A stretch of DNA of 64,000 nucleotides. It comes from Macrostomum hystrix. Its lineage: Eukaryota; Animalia; Platyhelminthes. Positions 35,651 to 49,139 of this stretch are shown here, piece after piece (the first letter of the stretch is position 1; each line of letters begins with the position of its first letter). The stretch is taken from NCBI GenBank assembly GCA_950097015.1, contig CATNEN010000039.1:14446001-14510000 (forward strand), in the 5' to 3' direction. A program made the position numbers and the translations under genes. The notes under the pieces were generated by a model. The model made no database searches, was not told where the DNA came from, and worked only from the letters and a program-made list of their open reading frames with translations.

Positions 35651-38376
35651 CTGCTGTACCGGTTCAACCAGTTGACCAGGTAAAAACAGTCTATGTGTTG
35701 CCCTTGAGTGATGTAATAAAATTAATTTCCTAGCTGGAGCGTGAGGAATTTAAAGGAATTTTAAGGAATTTGCTGTTCGTATCCGTACTGCTGGGCTGCA
35801 CGATGCTGCTAGCGATGCTGCTTGCGCTGTTTATTTGGCGCCGTTGGTTTTGTTGTTGATTTTTTATATTTTTCTTTTGAATCTTCTTTTCATGTGTTGA
35901 TGTATTGAATGTAGCTCGCATATTGTATTGAAAGCTCTGTCTGAAAGTGTGCTGAAAAATCAAGGCGGTAAAAGTCTAAACTCAATAACAAAAACGGACC
36001 GATTTCCGTTGCAAATCTGAAGTATGCCAGGCTCGTAATATTTTATGACAAAATATATCTCTATATAACTCTATTTGGAACATATATCTCTGTTCCAAAT
36101 TATTTTTTAACACTCTGTGCAAGCCGCACAATGATCAGTTAAACCTGCTTTATGTTTGAAAGTAGTCATTTTGTGCCCCTAAAGCACGAACAAAGAAGCA
36201 CGAGAGGCCCAAACTTTGCGAAAGCAGCAGCAAAACGAAGAGGAAGCGACAAAGACAACAAAGAAAGGAGGGTAAGCGACAAAGAGTCACAACGAGACAG
36301 AATGAGGAACTTCAACTAGAGTCCCTACACCATATCCGCAAACACGGCGGATGCCGCCATGCCCTGCTGAATCTGCGGGAGGTACCGCTGCACTGCATCG
36401 GCTGTCTGCTGAGAAGTGCTCACGCTTGAAGCCGGCCACGTCTAGCTTCTCAGATAGAAATCGATCGAGCAGCCTGCTGGTCAGCAGCCGCTGATTGCCA
36501 CCAGCATCGCGGTAGCAAAGAAGGTGCCTCGGCTGATTTCAGGGTGTTAAATCTAGCGTGCTTCTCGATTGCCAACACCGCGCACAGTGGCGGCCGCCTC
36601 GCTAGCCTCGGTAGAAGCACCTGCTGGAGCACAAGCTCTTTGAACTGGAGAGTTTTCCCTTGCTCCAGACGCAAGATCAGGCCTCACGGATGTCAAAGAG
36701 TGTCAGCGCAACGCACACGTGCCCGACCTTTCCCGTGGCCATGGCAGTAAGCTAGACATGCCCCACCAACAGCAGACAGTGACTGCCCAGCTGAAGGCCA
36801 TCAGAAGAGTTGACTCGTCGATGAACTTCCAGCAACATAAGCGGCGAAATAGGTCGCTTCCTTGACACTACGCAGTCCCAGCTCTCGTTTGGCGCCTCGC
36901 AGAAGGAGGGCAGTAGCGGCATTCTTTGTCAGATCCGGCGCCGAGTTGACATGCGATGCAATGCTGCTTTAGTCGAGCATCCGCGTCCTAACTAGGCTGG
37001 CCAGCAGATAGTTAAAAAAGACTGTTCAGCGGCCAGGAACTTGACAGTGTCAGTGCCAGCCATGATTCAGCGATTGGCTTAGAGTTCAGCTAAAAAAAAC
37101 TTCGCCAAAACGCGGCCTGCTTAATGGAACGATGGAATAAAATACCCCGCGCCGGCGGAGGGGCGGGTGCACACCTAAGCGAGACAGGTTCTATTCTTTC
37201 GATTTAGGAGTTTGGAAAGGTTCTAAAATGTTTAAGATCTTTAGAGAGGGGGTGCTTCTTGCTCTTTGCAATTCCGTACTCTATATGGGGCATCATTTCC
37301 CATTGCATGACGAATAGCAACGAGTACAGCGTTAAGGTCCACTACTATTTTACGAGCTATATGAGCTAAAAAAGTTAAATTACAGTATCTCACTAGGGCA
37401 GCCCGACAGAATGGGCAACCGCGCTGGACGACCCATCCAAATTGGGTACGGGGCATGCTCCGGCAACCCTTTAGGTGCGTCTGGCCTCGGCTCTGAGGGA
37501 AAGGTGCCACTGTCAGGCTTTTTACCTCGCTCACGAGTAGACTCCGCACCTGCTTTCAGCTATCGCCTCTGCTAATGCCCGCTACAAACCCGGTCCCTCC
37601 GGCTTCTGCTATCGACAGCACCGTTGCCTTCTGCCGGCCCCTTCCCACCTGGATCAGGAAACGAAAACCGGCCGCTCCAAACGGTCGAAGAACCCGGCCG
37701 CCGCCGGCACCAGCGTAGCAACCAGCGAGGGCGGGAAAAGAAGGCCGCTGCGCTCACGGCAGGCAACGCTGCCATTCCTGCACCCAGCGGACAATACGAT
37801 GGTACACTCAAAGCCGGCACATCTCAAAGTCAGGAGCAACACTACCTGTCTCCCCCTCGCTCTCATTTCCTGAATAGGCCACACTAGCAGTCACTGTGTC
37901 AGGTAACCCTGTGTCAGGTACCCCTGTGTCAGCCAACCCGCGTCAGTCGGTGGTTACTGCCGCGGGAAGTGCAGCTTCAACATCGGTTGTTAAGACGTCA
38001 CTTGTGGTTGCAGAATGATCGACAACCCTAACAACAGCCCAATCAAAGCAAATGAATATTCTCGCCAACGGAGAGACAAATACAGAAGAGTTTATATTCG
38101 AGTGAGACTAAGAACCGAGAAGTCACTGAGTGGGAGATTTAATTTATATTGAATATGGGAAAAGTAGCAAACAAGTTAGACAGGCCGTCCGCCGTCACAA
38201 CAGCAGCGCGCGTGTCGCGATACAGCGACATGACCGCTGCAACTAGCTGCTCTGGAACCCGGTAGGCACGGAGGATGAATGGAAGCGCGGCTCTCGACAC
38301 CGAGTCAAACGCCTTGCGAAATCAAAGGGGCTGGACAAAGGGGTGAGTGGGTCAGCAGCTAGTGTCGCTGCCTCAC

Positions 38377-38660
38377 TGTAGTGCAGTCGTTTAGTGGTAG
38401 GAGAAAACTTCACTGGCCTCTGTGGACCGTGTATATACTATACGAGCATATATATTGTACGCCGCCACGTGCGGGCGAGGCGTTAGGCAATAGCATTTGT
38501 CAGGGCGCGTGGGCGGAGAGTGTGAGTGCGCGAGGCAGACCACTACATCTCTCCCCCCCACTACACTCACTTTCCAATGGTCGCTGGTTCGTTCCTCGCT
38601 CCAAGTCACGATTATTTCGGGGCTTGGTTGGAGGTTTGCGAAGTGGTGACTAGCGGAGAT
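38377..38660 (-). mobile_element. 3' end of a Gypsy element: LTR 38377-38547 plus polypurine tract
   Basis: On the minus strand, GGGGGGGAGAGA directly precedes a 171-bp TGTAGT...ACTACA segment containing a TATA-like stretch. Confidence 0.75.
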
Positions 38661-38749
38661 GCACAGATGACCGGGAGTCGCCTGCCACCTGCCCGTGGAG
38701 CCACGGTGAGGAAGAGTCGGTCACGCATGCGGTCACATCAGGTGGCAGG

Positions 38750-40719
38750 CGTCTCTGACGCTGCTGACGGCTCAAGGCAGCGGCCACCGGCCTCTGCGGC
38801 TTCATCGATGGGCCGACCGCCTGCTCGCGTACGACTTCCAAGTCTGCCACGTTCCTGGCAAGAAGAACATCGTGCCTGATTTTTTGTCGCGCCACGGCGC
38901 TCTCGGAGCAAAATGCCCAAGGCAAAGCGAAGAGGACTCGACCGAGCTCCAAGTGAATGCCGTACTGCCCAAGGCAAAGCGAAGAGGACTCGACCGAGCT
39001 CCAAGTGAATGCCGTACTGCTGTCGGGCGCGCTGGAGATTGTCAGTCCAAGCGAACTGGCCGAGGCATCCCTGCAGGACCCGGTGATCAATGAGGCGGTC
39101 ACAATGACGCTCCAGGGGTGGCCTAACTCCATCAAGCAGCTGAAGCCGGAGCTGCAGCCGTTCTGGAGGATGCGGACGCAACTGGCGCTCTGAAATGACG
39201 GCAAGTGCCTGGCCAACGGCACCCGAGCAGTAATCCCCGCATCCCTGAGGGAGAAGACGCTGCAGCTGGCGCATTTCGGGCACCTCGGCGTGAGCAAAAT
39301 GAAGCAGCATTGCCGGGACGCAGTCTGGTGGCCGCAAATCGATCAGCATATCGAGGCATTTGTGCGACATTGCGAGGCCTGCCTGCTTAGCGAGAAGAAC
39401 TTTAAGCCACCCAAGACGGTCCTGACCCCTACGAAGTGGCCGACGCGTCCATGGGAGGAACTCCAGCTCGACATCTTCGGGGAGCTGCACTCTGCGCCGA
39501 ACTCCTGTCGCTTCATCCTGGTGCTGTACGATTTGCATTCAAAGTGGCCGGAGGCTGCCTGCATGTCGACTGTCACAAGCGCGGATGTCATCGACGCCGT
39601 GAAAACGTGGTTTAGCCGCTGGGGCCTGCCGAAGAGCATTAAAACAGACGGAGGTCCGCAGTTCATGTCCGGCGATTTCGAGGATTTTCTTCAGCGCTGC
39701 GGCATCCGGCACCGGCAGTCACCGCACTACCACCCCCAGGGCAACGCGGCCGTAGAGCGCTTCAACCGTTTTCTCAAGGACGGCCTAAAGACGCACCTAG
39801 AGGAGGGCTACGACTTCAAGGACGCGGTGAAGACGCTGCTGTGGTCGTACAGGGCCACCCCGCATGCACTGACTGGAGTGTCACCGGCGGAGCTCATGAC
39901 AGGCCGGAAGATCAGCACCCCGTTGACAGCTCTGCAGCCAAGGACAACAGCACGGCACAGACTGGCGGCCAGCATCAAGCGGAGGCAGCAGCGCGTTTTC
40001 GATCAGCTCAACACGACCCGGAGGCCGCCGCCCACGTTCATAGTCGGCGACTGGGTGCGCGTGAAGCGGCCGTTCGCCCGCGGCAAGCTGAGCAGCCGCC
40101 TGTCCGAGCCACGGCAGATCTCCCGGATCGCGAGCGCGACCACCGTCATCCTCAGCGATGGCTCCCGCTGGCACGTCGACAACTGCGTCCGGGTACCGCG
40201 GCCAGCCGGAGCGCTGCCGCATTGGCCAGCGCCGGCTCCCAGCGCAGCCGGGACAGCCGCGGAGGCGGCGACGGCGGCAGACCCAGCGAGACAGCAGCAG
40301 CCAGCCCAGACAGCGATCCGAGTGAGCTCAAGGCCGCGAGCGCCGCCGCAATGGTACGGTGAAATCGTGACTCACTGACTCGTTTATTAGTGACGGTTAT
40401 TCAGCTGTTATTAGCGATCAGCTGTTTCGATTTTTTTCTCTTTGAAGTACCTGATGCAAAAAAAGATCATTTTACTCCTTCGATGCTTTGTAATGCACTT
40501 TTATTTCCTGCTCAATATTAGCATAATTATTTTCGTTGCTCTATCCTTTGAAAGGGAAGGTGAATGTTGTGCAGTTGATTAATGCACGTACATAGTTCGT
40601 ACATGTACACCTCTAATATCGATTGGCGCAGAATATATATAGTCCAATAACTGAGAGCCAACTTGGCGTGAAAGTTTCGGAAACTAACTTGGCTGACTCG
40701 CTACTATTCATTTACAACA
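38750..40719 (+). mobile_element. 3' half of a Ty3/Gypsy element: RNase H end, integrase, PPT and 155-bp LTR (40565-40719)
   Basis: RLHRWADRLLAYDF...NIVPDFLSR; HHCC (AHFGH..CEAC); DDE (LQLDIFG, KTDGGPQF, AVERFN); PPT aaagggaaggtgaa; LTR TGTTGT...ACAACA. Inactivated by a ~52-bp duplication near 38914-39017 and a TGA at 39191. Confidence 0.92.
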
Positions 40720-40868
40720 GTCTCAAATTATGTTTTTGCTAAATATGTGTACCATCGAGCAGAATTTTTCCCAACTAGCCCATTAAGTTTTGCAAAAACT
40801 ATTTTTTTGGTCTACCACCGTTAGCAAGGACTGCTAAAGTCTAGGAATGTATGTATCTATGGATATAC

Positions 40869-42280
40869 CTGACTCAAATCCCATGGGGCATCTCCTCACT
40901 CAAATCCCATGGGGCATCTCCTCACTCAAATCCCATGGGGCATCACCTCACTCAAATCCCATGGGGCATCACCTCCCTCCAATCCAATGGGGCATCACTT
41001 GACTCCAATCCCATGGGGCATCACCTCACTCCAATCCCATGGGGCATCACTTGACTCCAATCCCATGGGGCATCACCTCACTCAAATCCCATGGGGCATC
41101 ACCTCACTCCAATCCCATGGGGCATCACCTCACTCAAATTCCATGGGCATCACCTCACTCAAATCCTAAGGGGCATCACTTGACTCCAATCCCATGGGGC
41201 ATCACCTCACTCAAATCCCATAGGGCATCACCTCACTCAAATCCCATGGGGCATCACTTGACTCCAATCCCATGGGGCATCACCTCACTCAAATCCCATG
41301 GGGCATCACTTGACTCCAATCCCATGGGGCATCACCTCACTCAAATCCCATAGGGCATCACCTCACTCAAATCCCATGGGGCATCACTTGACTCCAATCC
41401 CATGGGGCATCACCTCACTCAAATCCCATGGGGCATCACCTCACTCCAATCCCATGGGGCATCACCTCACTCCAATCCCATGGGGCATCACCTCACTCAA
41501 ATCCCATGGGCATCACCTCACTCAAATCCCATGGGGCATCACTTGACTCCAATCCCATGGGGCATCACCTCACTCAAATCCCATAGGGCATCACCTCACT
41601 CAAATCCCATGGGGCATCACCTCACTCAAATCCCATAGGGCATCACCTCACTCAAATCCCATAGGGCATCACCTCACTCAAATCCCATGGGGTATCACTT
41701 GACTCCAATCCCATGGGGCATCACCTCACTCAAATCCCATGGGGCATCACCTCACTCAAATCCCATGGGGCATCACCTCACTCAAATCCCATGGGGCATC
41801 ACCTCACTCATGGGGCATCACCTCACTCCAATCCCATGGGGCATCACCTCACTCAAATCCCATGGGGCATCACTTGACTCCAATCCCATGGGGCATCACC
41901 TCACTCCAATCCCATGGGGCATCACCTCCCTCCAATCCAATGGGGCATCACTTGACTCCAATCCCATGGGGCATCACCTCACTCCAATCCCATGGGGCAT
42001 CACCTCACTCCAATCCCATGGGCATCACCTCACTCAAATCCCATGGGCATCACCTCACTCAAATCCCATGGGGCATCACCTCACTCAAATCCCATGGGGC
42101 ATCACCTCACTCCAATGCCATGGGGCATCACCTCACTCCAATCCCATGGGGCATCACCTCACTCCAATCCCATGGGGCATCACCTCACTCCAATGCCATG
42201 GGGCATCACCTCACTCCAATCCCATGGGGCATCACCTCACTCAAATCCCATGGGGCATCACCTCACTCAAATCCCATGGG
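40869..42280. repeat. 26-bp minisatellite with CCCATGGG palindrome, 3' of CFAP95
   Basis: Unit cccatggggcatcacctcactcaaat. Confidence 0.96.
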
Positions 42281-42608
42281 CGAATGTCAAAATAAATTAA
42301 CAGCTAGCAGTTCAGCATAAGTTTATTGACAGTGTTATCACGTCGCGTATTTTTATTTATGAGCTCAATTTATCGCAATTTTCACGATATATATTAAACA
42401 AGCAGCTCAGAGGATATAGGAAAATTTTGAATAATAAGGACACGTTGCAAAGGAATTGAAAGCCAACAGTTTGCAGTAAAACATTCATAGCTTAGCCTTG
42501 TTGGTTCTGCAAAAAAATATAGCTAAATTGGTCCAAAGAATTTTCTTCCGGACAGTAAAATTTGCTTGACTTCTTCAGAGCTTCGCTTCTCGCCTCATTT
42601 CTCATTTC

Positions 42609-43789
42609 TCATTTCTGATACTCGGACAGGAACGTGTGACCCTCCCCTGTTAGCGGATTCTTGTATGCGTGCGCCTGCCTTGTCAGGTGAGTATTGGCGT
42701 ACACACCGCTCTCATCTTGCCAGGTGTTGCGGCCCTGCCTGCGGTGCCCGGCCGTGTCGCTGAACTGCGACAGGCAGCGCCTGTTGGCCGCAGCCAGCAG
42801 GTTCTCGTCTGGCCGCTCCTCTTTGTTGGCCGATTCGCACTTCTGAAGCGGACGTTTTGAGTTTTGGAGCGCGTGACGACATTTTTACGATGCGGGCTAC
42901 TGTTAGTAGAGTAGCTCAAGCTCTGCACGTTTTCATTTCTGAACGGCTTAAATAATTTATAAATACTTGTATTAACTTTATTTATAATGTCTTTTGACTC
43001 TATTTATATATTATCTATCTATATTTTATAGTTCTATTTGTAAACTGATAGATTAACAAGTAAAACTTATCCTTGAACACCAGAATGCGCACCTCTTTAG
43101 TCTGTTCGTCAGTGACCCGGTCCCCATAATCCGCATTGTAGGTGGTCTCCAAGTGATGTTTATCGTACTCGCTTGAATGCCGCGGAAAGCGCGCACCCGT
43201 GCCTTGGCTGGATCGGCCAATATCGCAGCAAAAAAAGCAAAATTAAAGTAAACTTTTCCTTACATGTATCTTTATAACGTGGTTGTAGTGCAACAAAGAT
43301 ATGGTCATGGAAACAGACAGTGGCACTTACCGGTCCAGAAACACGCTGGCTAGTGTCTCCGGCGTAACCATGGACGCCTTGGGATGCTCAGCATAATCGC
43401 CTTTGGTCTTGAGCTGATCACACATGCTGCCATAAGTGGTTGAGTCTTCGAACTGTTTTTTAAGTACGGAAGAAATGTATAAGGGGAGGGTAAAAAAGGA
43501 AGTTGACTTACTTTGGTTGATTTCTAGTACTGTACAGTCCACGGACTGAACAGTTATTCACAGCTTTTGGTCCAGTGCTTGACAGTTTCTATAATATTTT
43601 ACTTACCGTTCCAGACTGAGCAGCCAGTCTATTGTAGGTCGAACGTTTAAGATTGCGCACTTTGTCTGTGCTCATCTCATAATCCTTGGGCTCCGCCTCT
43701 CTTGCAAGGTGCCATTTGTCAGTTTTAACAATGCGGCCATAGTTTGCCACATTTCCACGCAGGGTCAGGGTTCCAGGCTGCTGATTCAT
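42609..43789 (-). CDS. CFAP95: CFAP95/C9orf135-like ciliary protein, ~217 aa, 4 exons
   Basis: Exons 43789-43607, 43452-43331, 43207-43093, 42842-42609 with consistent phases. Motifs GTLTLR, WH.ARE.EPKDY, PRH..LETTY..DY, CLSQFSDT..RRQGRNTWQDESGVYAN. An acceptor at 43795 implies an upstream exon or leader. Confidence 0.8.
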
Positions 43790-45989
43790 ACTGGCTGAAG
43801 TCGAACCATTAAAATAATATGCTTCTATTTTCTCATCAATCATAAAGTTGATAAAGTTAAATATAAAATATGAAAATATATATAATGTGATTAAAAAAGT
43901 AGAAGTAGAATCTGAATAATTCTTTCTTTGCCTCTCTTATCAGATTTAGCTAATCTAATCAGATATCCTCTTTTAAGTTGGTAACATCGGAGTGTTAAAT
44001 ATTAAATTATGAGGCGCATATTTTAGCCACAAGAAGTGAGTTATTCTTTCACTATATGGTTCCTTATTAATAGTAAAATTGCTTTTATTGCCAGCAAAAC
44101 GAACCTAGAATATATAACCAAATGCCTAAACTGTATCTACTGTATTTTGCCTTTCAACGCTTCATTTTATTAGATTGTAGAGAAAAAAACAAAGCCAGAG
44201 CTTAATTAATTAATTAATTAATGCTGTTTTTAAGGAGAAAGCAAAATGACAAATATTGATTGATAATGTAAAAAGTGTTGATCAAAGCCACCTAGAAAAA
44301 CTAAGAGTTTTAGAGATTCAATCCCCATCTATTAAATAAAGTATTAATTTATAAGAAACAAAAATCTTTGTTTTGTAATAAAGCAAAAATGATTTTCTTC
44401 GTATATTAAAAGTAAAATTCGCGCCGACACTAGAAATCTTTTTGTTTTAATTACGTTGTTTTGCGCAATGTTGTAGGACACATTTCTTAAAAATAAGGGC
44501 TGTAAAAAGGGTGTAAATACACACGAGTTTTATGGAGGAAAAGCGTTTGCAACCACACGCTGAAATAATATGAAAGAAGTTCAGATTGAGAATGAAAACA
44601 AGTTTTTCATTTAAGAGAGAAAGTTTTGTGTTAAACAGATTTTTACAGAGGTTGAAAATATAAATAATATCCTGAGATATAATAAAATAAAACTAAACTA
44701 AGTAAAGAACAAGATTGTTACTAAGAAACAATATATAAGAAACATTAAAAATAATACCTAGAGCTATACAAATACTGATTTATTAAAAGAAGCCGTGACC
44801 CTCTGAATCACTGGAAGCCTAATCTGACTGGGAAATCATATACAGTAGCCTAAAAGACCACTCGTTAAATAAATAAATCGCTATATCAAGTGTGAAAGAA
44901 ATATACTAAGAAGATATACTTGCACTATACTATACTAGGACTATACTAAGGTAAGATATTCTAAGAATACTTGTTAAGTAATTAAAATTAAAATTTAAGT
45001 TAAATTATGCCAAAGAGATAAGACAAGATATAGCCCTACACAACCTTGGTATCATCATTGGGATTAAATATCCTTAGATTGATAAATAAAGAGAGAAGCA
45101 CTAGGGCATTATATTTTAATACAATAGTCCTCTAGAATAAAGGTAAGCAATTTACCATAAGCAAAGTGAAACATATAAGAAAACTATATAGATTATAACT
45201 AAACTATTAGCAAATTGAGCAGCACTTGATAAATAATACGTTATCTTTAGCAATCTTTAGCATTTTAAACTGTGTCAAAAGGCAAAATAGTAATGATTCC
45301 TTTTATTGACGTTAAGAAGTTTGAAGCAAGTGAATATAAAATGAATTCGCCAGTTATGTCAAATTTTGTGCTATTCCAACAGATACAATATTTAGTTTAT
45401 AAAAAAAAAGAAATATGGACCGAAAAACAAAGTCAGTATAATTATTTAGGTTTTCAAGTAGCTAACACTTAATAAATACGACTGGTATTTAATATAAATT
45501 TTTGCTTTGTTTAAGTATCTAAAACGCTTCACGCACCATTTTGCAATTCTTCAATCAATAAAAACTATTTTGCACTTTATTACACTTACACTTTCACTTA
45601 CACTTCAATTACACTTTATTGGCAAAGCAGGCATCTTGCCTGAGCCAACAACAACTACTACTATCTTGACTATACCAAAGACATCTTTTTAATTGTTTAT
45701 AGAATTTTCGTCAACTTTTTTTTTCGTCAACTAGCTTGGTTGACGAATTTTCCAACCCTTATTTCTGCAGTTGATGAATATTCCAAATCTTCCACTGCCT
45801 GTTGACGAAAGTTCCACAGCCATATTGAAGGCATCGGAGAACTGCCTTTGTGCACGATTTATTGCGTACGCTGTATTGCATATTGAACATGTGTTGATTG
45901 CCATTGCGCAGAAAAGCCTCCATATTTTCTCAGATGAATGTCACAAGACATTAACTCATTCGCTCTGAATTTCAAGATTGCGCTATATG

Positions 45990-46420
45990 TGCAGAAGTCG
46001 CAGAGTACGTCGATGCCACCTGGTTGAACAGCCCAGTGTTCAAACGCGAGGAAGTGAGCGCGTCTACAACAACCAGACCATTCGTACGAACAATGAGTGT
46101 GAGGGGTGGCATCGGCGACTGAAGCAACGAGCAGAGCGAGGGTAACATCAGCTCTGGCCAACCTGGCGCCGGCCTGACATTGTGCGTAGCCGGTGACTGC
46201 CTCCTGCTAGTGTTCCTAGCCATGCAGGCCTGCGTTGCTAGACGGTGGCTTCGTCAGCGACGGCGTTCGAGGACTCAACACGGCTTCCTTGACAACCAGC
46301 GCGTCGAGGATGTCCATGATGATGAGGATGATTTTCGACTGGCAGAAGTGGATGATAAAGTTGGCGCCGACCTGGGAGCAGTCTGGCCATTGCTCGCATG
46401 CGACAGCGCTTAGATAGAAA
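45990..46420. mobile_element. Mutator/MULE transposase relic, rearranged
   Basis: Plus strand YVDATWL...IRTNNECEGWHRRL; adjacent minus strand WPDCSQVGANF..HFCQS resembles the MULE FP..GC.FHF.Q motif. Confidence 0.6.
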
Positions 46421-48440
46421 ACCGGGGGTCGGATTAATTTTGTTCTCACACAGCAATCTAGATGTACAAATAACTCAAATACGCCTTTAACACTACGGAT
46501 TTATTATTTTCGTCAAGCTCAGCTATTTTTAACGCGTTTGACCTTGTCTACGTTTAAAAATAACAAGGCGATCAAATTAAAACATTTAAATGACTGTTAA
46601 TCCTATTTAAATCTGAAAAACCAAATTCTGCATAACAAAATTTTGCCAATTTTTTTAAAGTAAATTTCGGTAATAGTTGGCAATCCAAATTATTTTTTTG
46701 CTGAAACTATGCTTAATTGCATTGGCTAAGGGCAAGGCTATTAGGCTAACCAGAATGTAAATGAACATTTGCCTTTTTTATATTAGAGTTTAATTATAGT
46801 ATTAAAAAAATTAAATAAGTGAAAAAACTTGTACAAAGATTATCTAATTGACTCACAAAGAAAATAAATGGATGTATTCTGTATTTTTGGGAAATCCTAG
46901 CTCCTATTTTACCGAACTTAAAAAGGCATACAACTTAAGCACAAAAAAACTAAATCACTGCAATTCTTCCGTTGTTAAAAAGTTGTAAAAAAAAACAAAC
47001 AAAATAGACTGCAAACAAATTTTTAACAAAAAAGTTTTTAATATTTTAGTAAAATTTTTTACTCAAATTTTAAAAGACTTTATATTTAAGTTTAGTTTGA
47101 GATTTTGCCTTGTATATATAGCTTGGTCTGCTATTTTAACTTTGCCGAACTCAAACCTTAAACTATAACTCCATGCGAACAAAGTGAGCTCTAAAAACAA
47201 GTTTTTTCCACATAATTTTTTATCAGTCTCTCTTTAGCGGCTTATAGTACTTTCTAGATATGTAACTGTGCCATAGTTTCTATGGTGCCATGATACATTA
47301 TAATTCATTATTATCAACATATTACCAAAGTGATTCAGAGAGCTTAATCATTAAACCACTTTCCACATTTCATATTTTTACAATGTATGTTATTGTATAT
47401 TTTATGGAAAAAGTTCTCGTTTACATATTAGTTAATGTATGTTCATATTTTTTTCTAATAATTTCTAACAATTTAGTCAATTGGCACTACATAATTGTAA
47501 ATTTGTGAAAAACATAAATAAAATATTAATAAAACTCTAATGAAAATTTATTTGTAGAGCCTTTGTTCCTAAGAAAATTAAGTGAAGTTGCTAACTATAA
47601 AACTAGCCCATGGTTATTAGCCTCAGATATAGTGATTGAGGAAAAAATTAAATATTTGTTAAAAATATTTTATCTGCAACTGCAACCACTGCAATGTAAT
47701 ACTAATAGTTAGGCTAATGTTTATGCATTTTTGTGATATTTTTGAATATTGTTTTATTATGCTGATCTTTTATGTCTCTTTATAAAAAAATGTTTTGCAT
47801 CCATAATTCACTATTTTGTAACGTTTTGAGCATGAATTATTTGTTTGAGAGTTTTCATATCCTAATTTTACATTTTGGTTTTGTTAATTTTCCTAATTAG
47901 AACTCCATACTACTTTAGTAGTATTGTGTGTAAACAGAGCTATATATTATTTTATATTTTAGAAAGCGGGATTGCATTGCATTTTTGCAGACTTAAAATA
48001 AAAACTTGATCAACTCATAAGAATTAATCTGGATTATTATATTTCCATTTCAGCGGCTCGCCACTAGACAAAGCCAGTTTTTTTGCTTACGTTTACTTAA
48101 TTGATCTGTCAGTATACCTGGTATTTATCCCGCTAGTACGAGTATATAAACAAAAATGACTATTCACATTGTTTGAATTATGAATAGTCAATAAACAAAA
48201 AAACTACTTTTAAAGATTTTTTTCATTGTACTGAATGTAAGGATTTAAAACAAACTGCTTTGCTATTGAATTTCATTGCTGGCATTTACCTAGCTCAATT
48301 GTGCTCGGTATGAGTTATCACTTTCTAGATCTACTGTGACCGCAAGTGAGGCCTATTTCTAACACTTGCCGTAATCAATTTCGACTCTTCATGAGTGGTA
48401 AGACTTGGGAGAAAGAGAGGAGGTCGAATTACAGGAATTG

Positions 48441-49139
48441 AGAGAGAGAGAGAGAGAGAGAGAGGTAGAGCGTGAGGAAGAGAGATAGAGCAAGAGGGAG
48501 AGAGGTAGAGCGTGAGGAAGAGAGATAGAGCAAGAGGGAGAGAGGTAGAGCGTGAGGAAGAGAGGTAGAGCATGAGGGAGAGAGGTAGAGCGTGAGGGAG
48601 AGAGGTAGAGCGTGAGGAAGAGAGGTAGAGCCTGAGGGAGAGAGGTAGAGCGTGAGGAAGAGAGGTAGAGCATGAGGGAGAGAGGTAGAGCGTGAGGGAG
48701 AGAGGTAGAGCGTGAGGAAGAGAGGTAGAGCGTGAGAAAGAGAGGTAGAGCATGAGGGAGAGAGGTAGAGCATGAGGAAGAGAGATAGAGCAAGAGGGAG
48801 AGAGGTAGAGCGTGAGGGAGACAGGTAGAGCGTGAGGGAGGCAGGTAGAGCGTGAGGGAGAGAGGGAGAGCGTGAGGAAGAGAGGTAGAGCGTGAGGGAG
48901 ACAGGTAGAGCGTGAGGGAGAGAGGTAGAGCGTGAGGGAGGCAGGTAGAGTGTGAGTGAGGCAGGTAGAGCGTGAAGAAGAGAGGTAGAGCGTGAGGGAG
49001 ACAGGTAGAGCGTGAGGAAGAGAGGTAGAGCAAGAGGGAGACAGGTAGAGCGTGAGGGAGGCAGGTAGAGCGTGAGGGAGAGAGGTAGAGCGTGAGGAAG
49101 AGAGGTAGAGCAAGAGGGAGAGAGGTAGAGCGTGAGGGA
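48441..49139. repeat. (GA)n microsatellite grading into a 20-bp purine-rich minisatellite
   Basis: Unit agaggtagagcgtgagggag. Confidence 0.95.
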
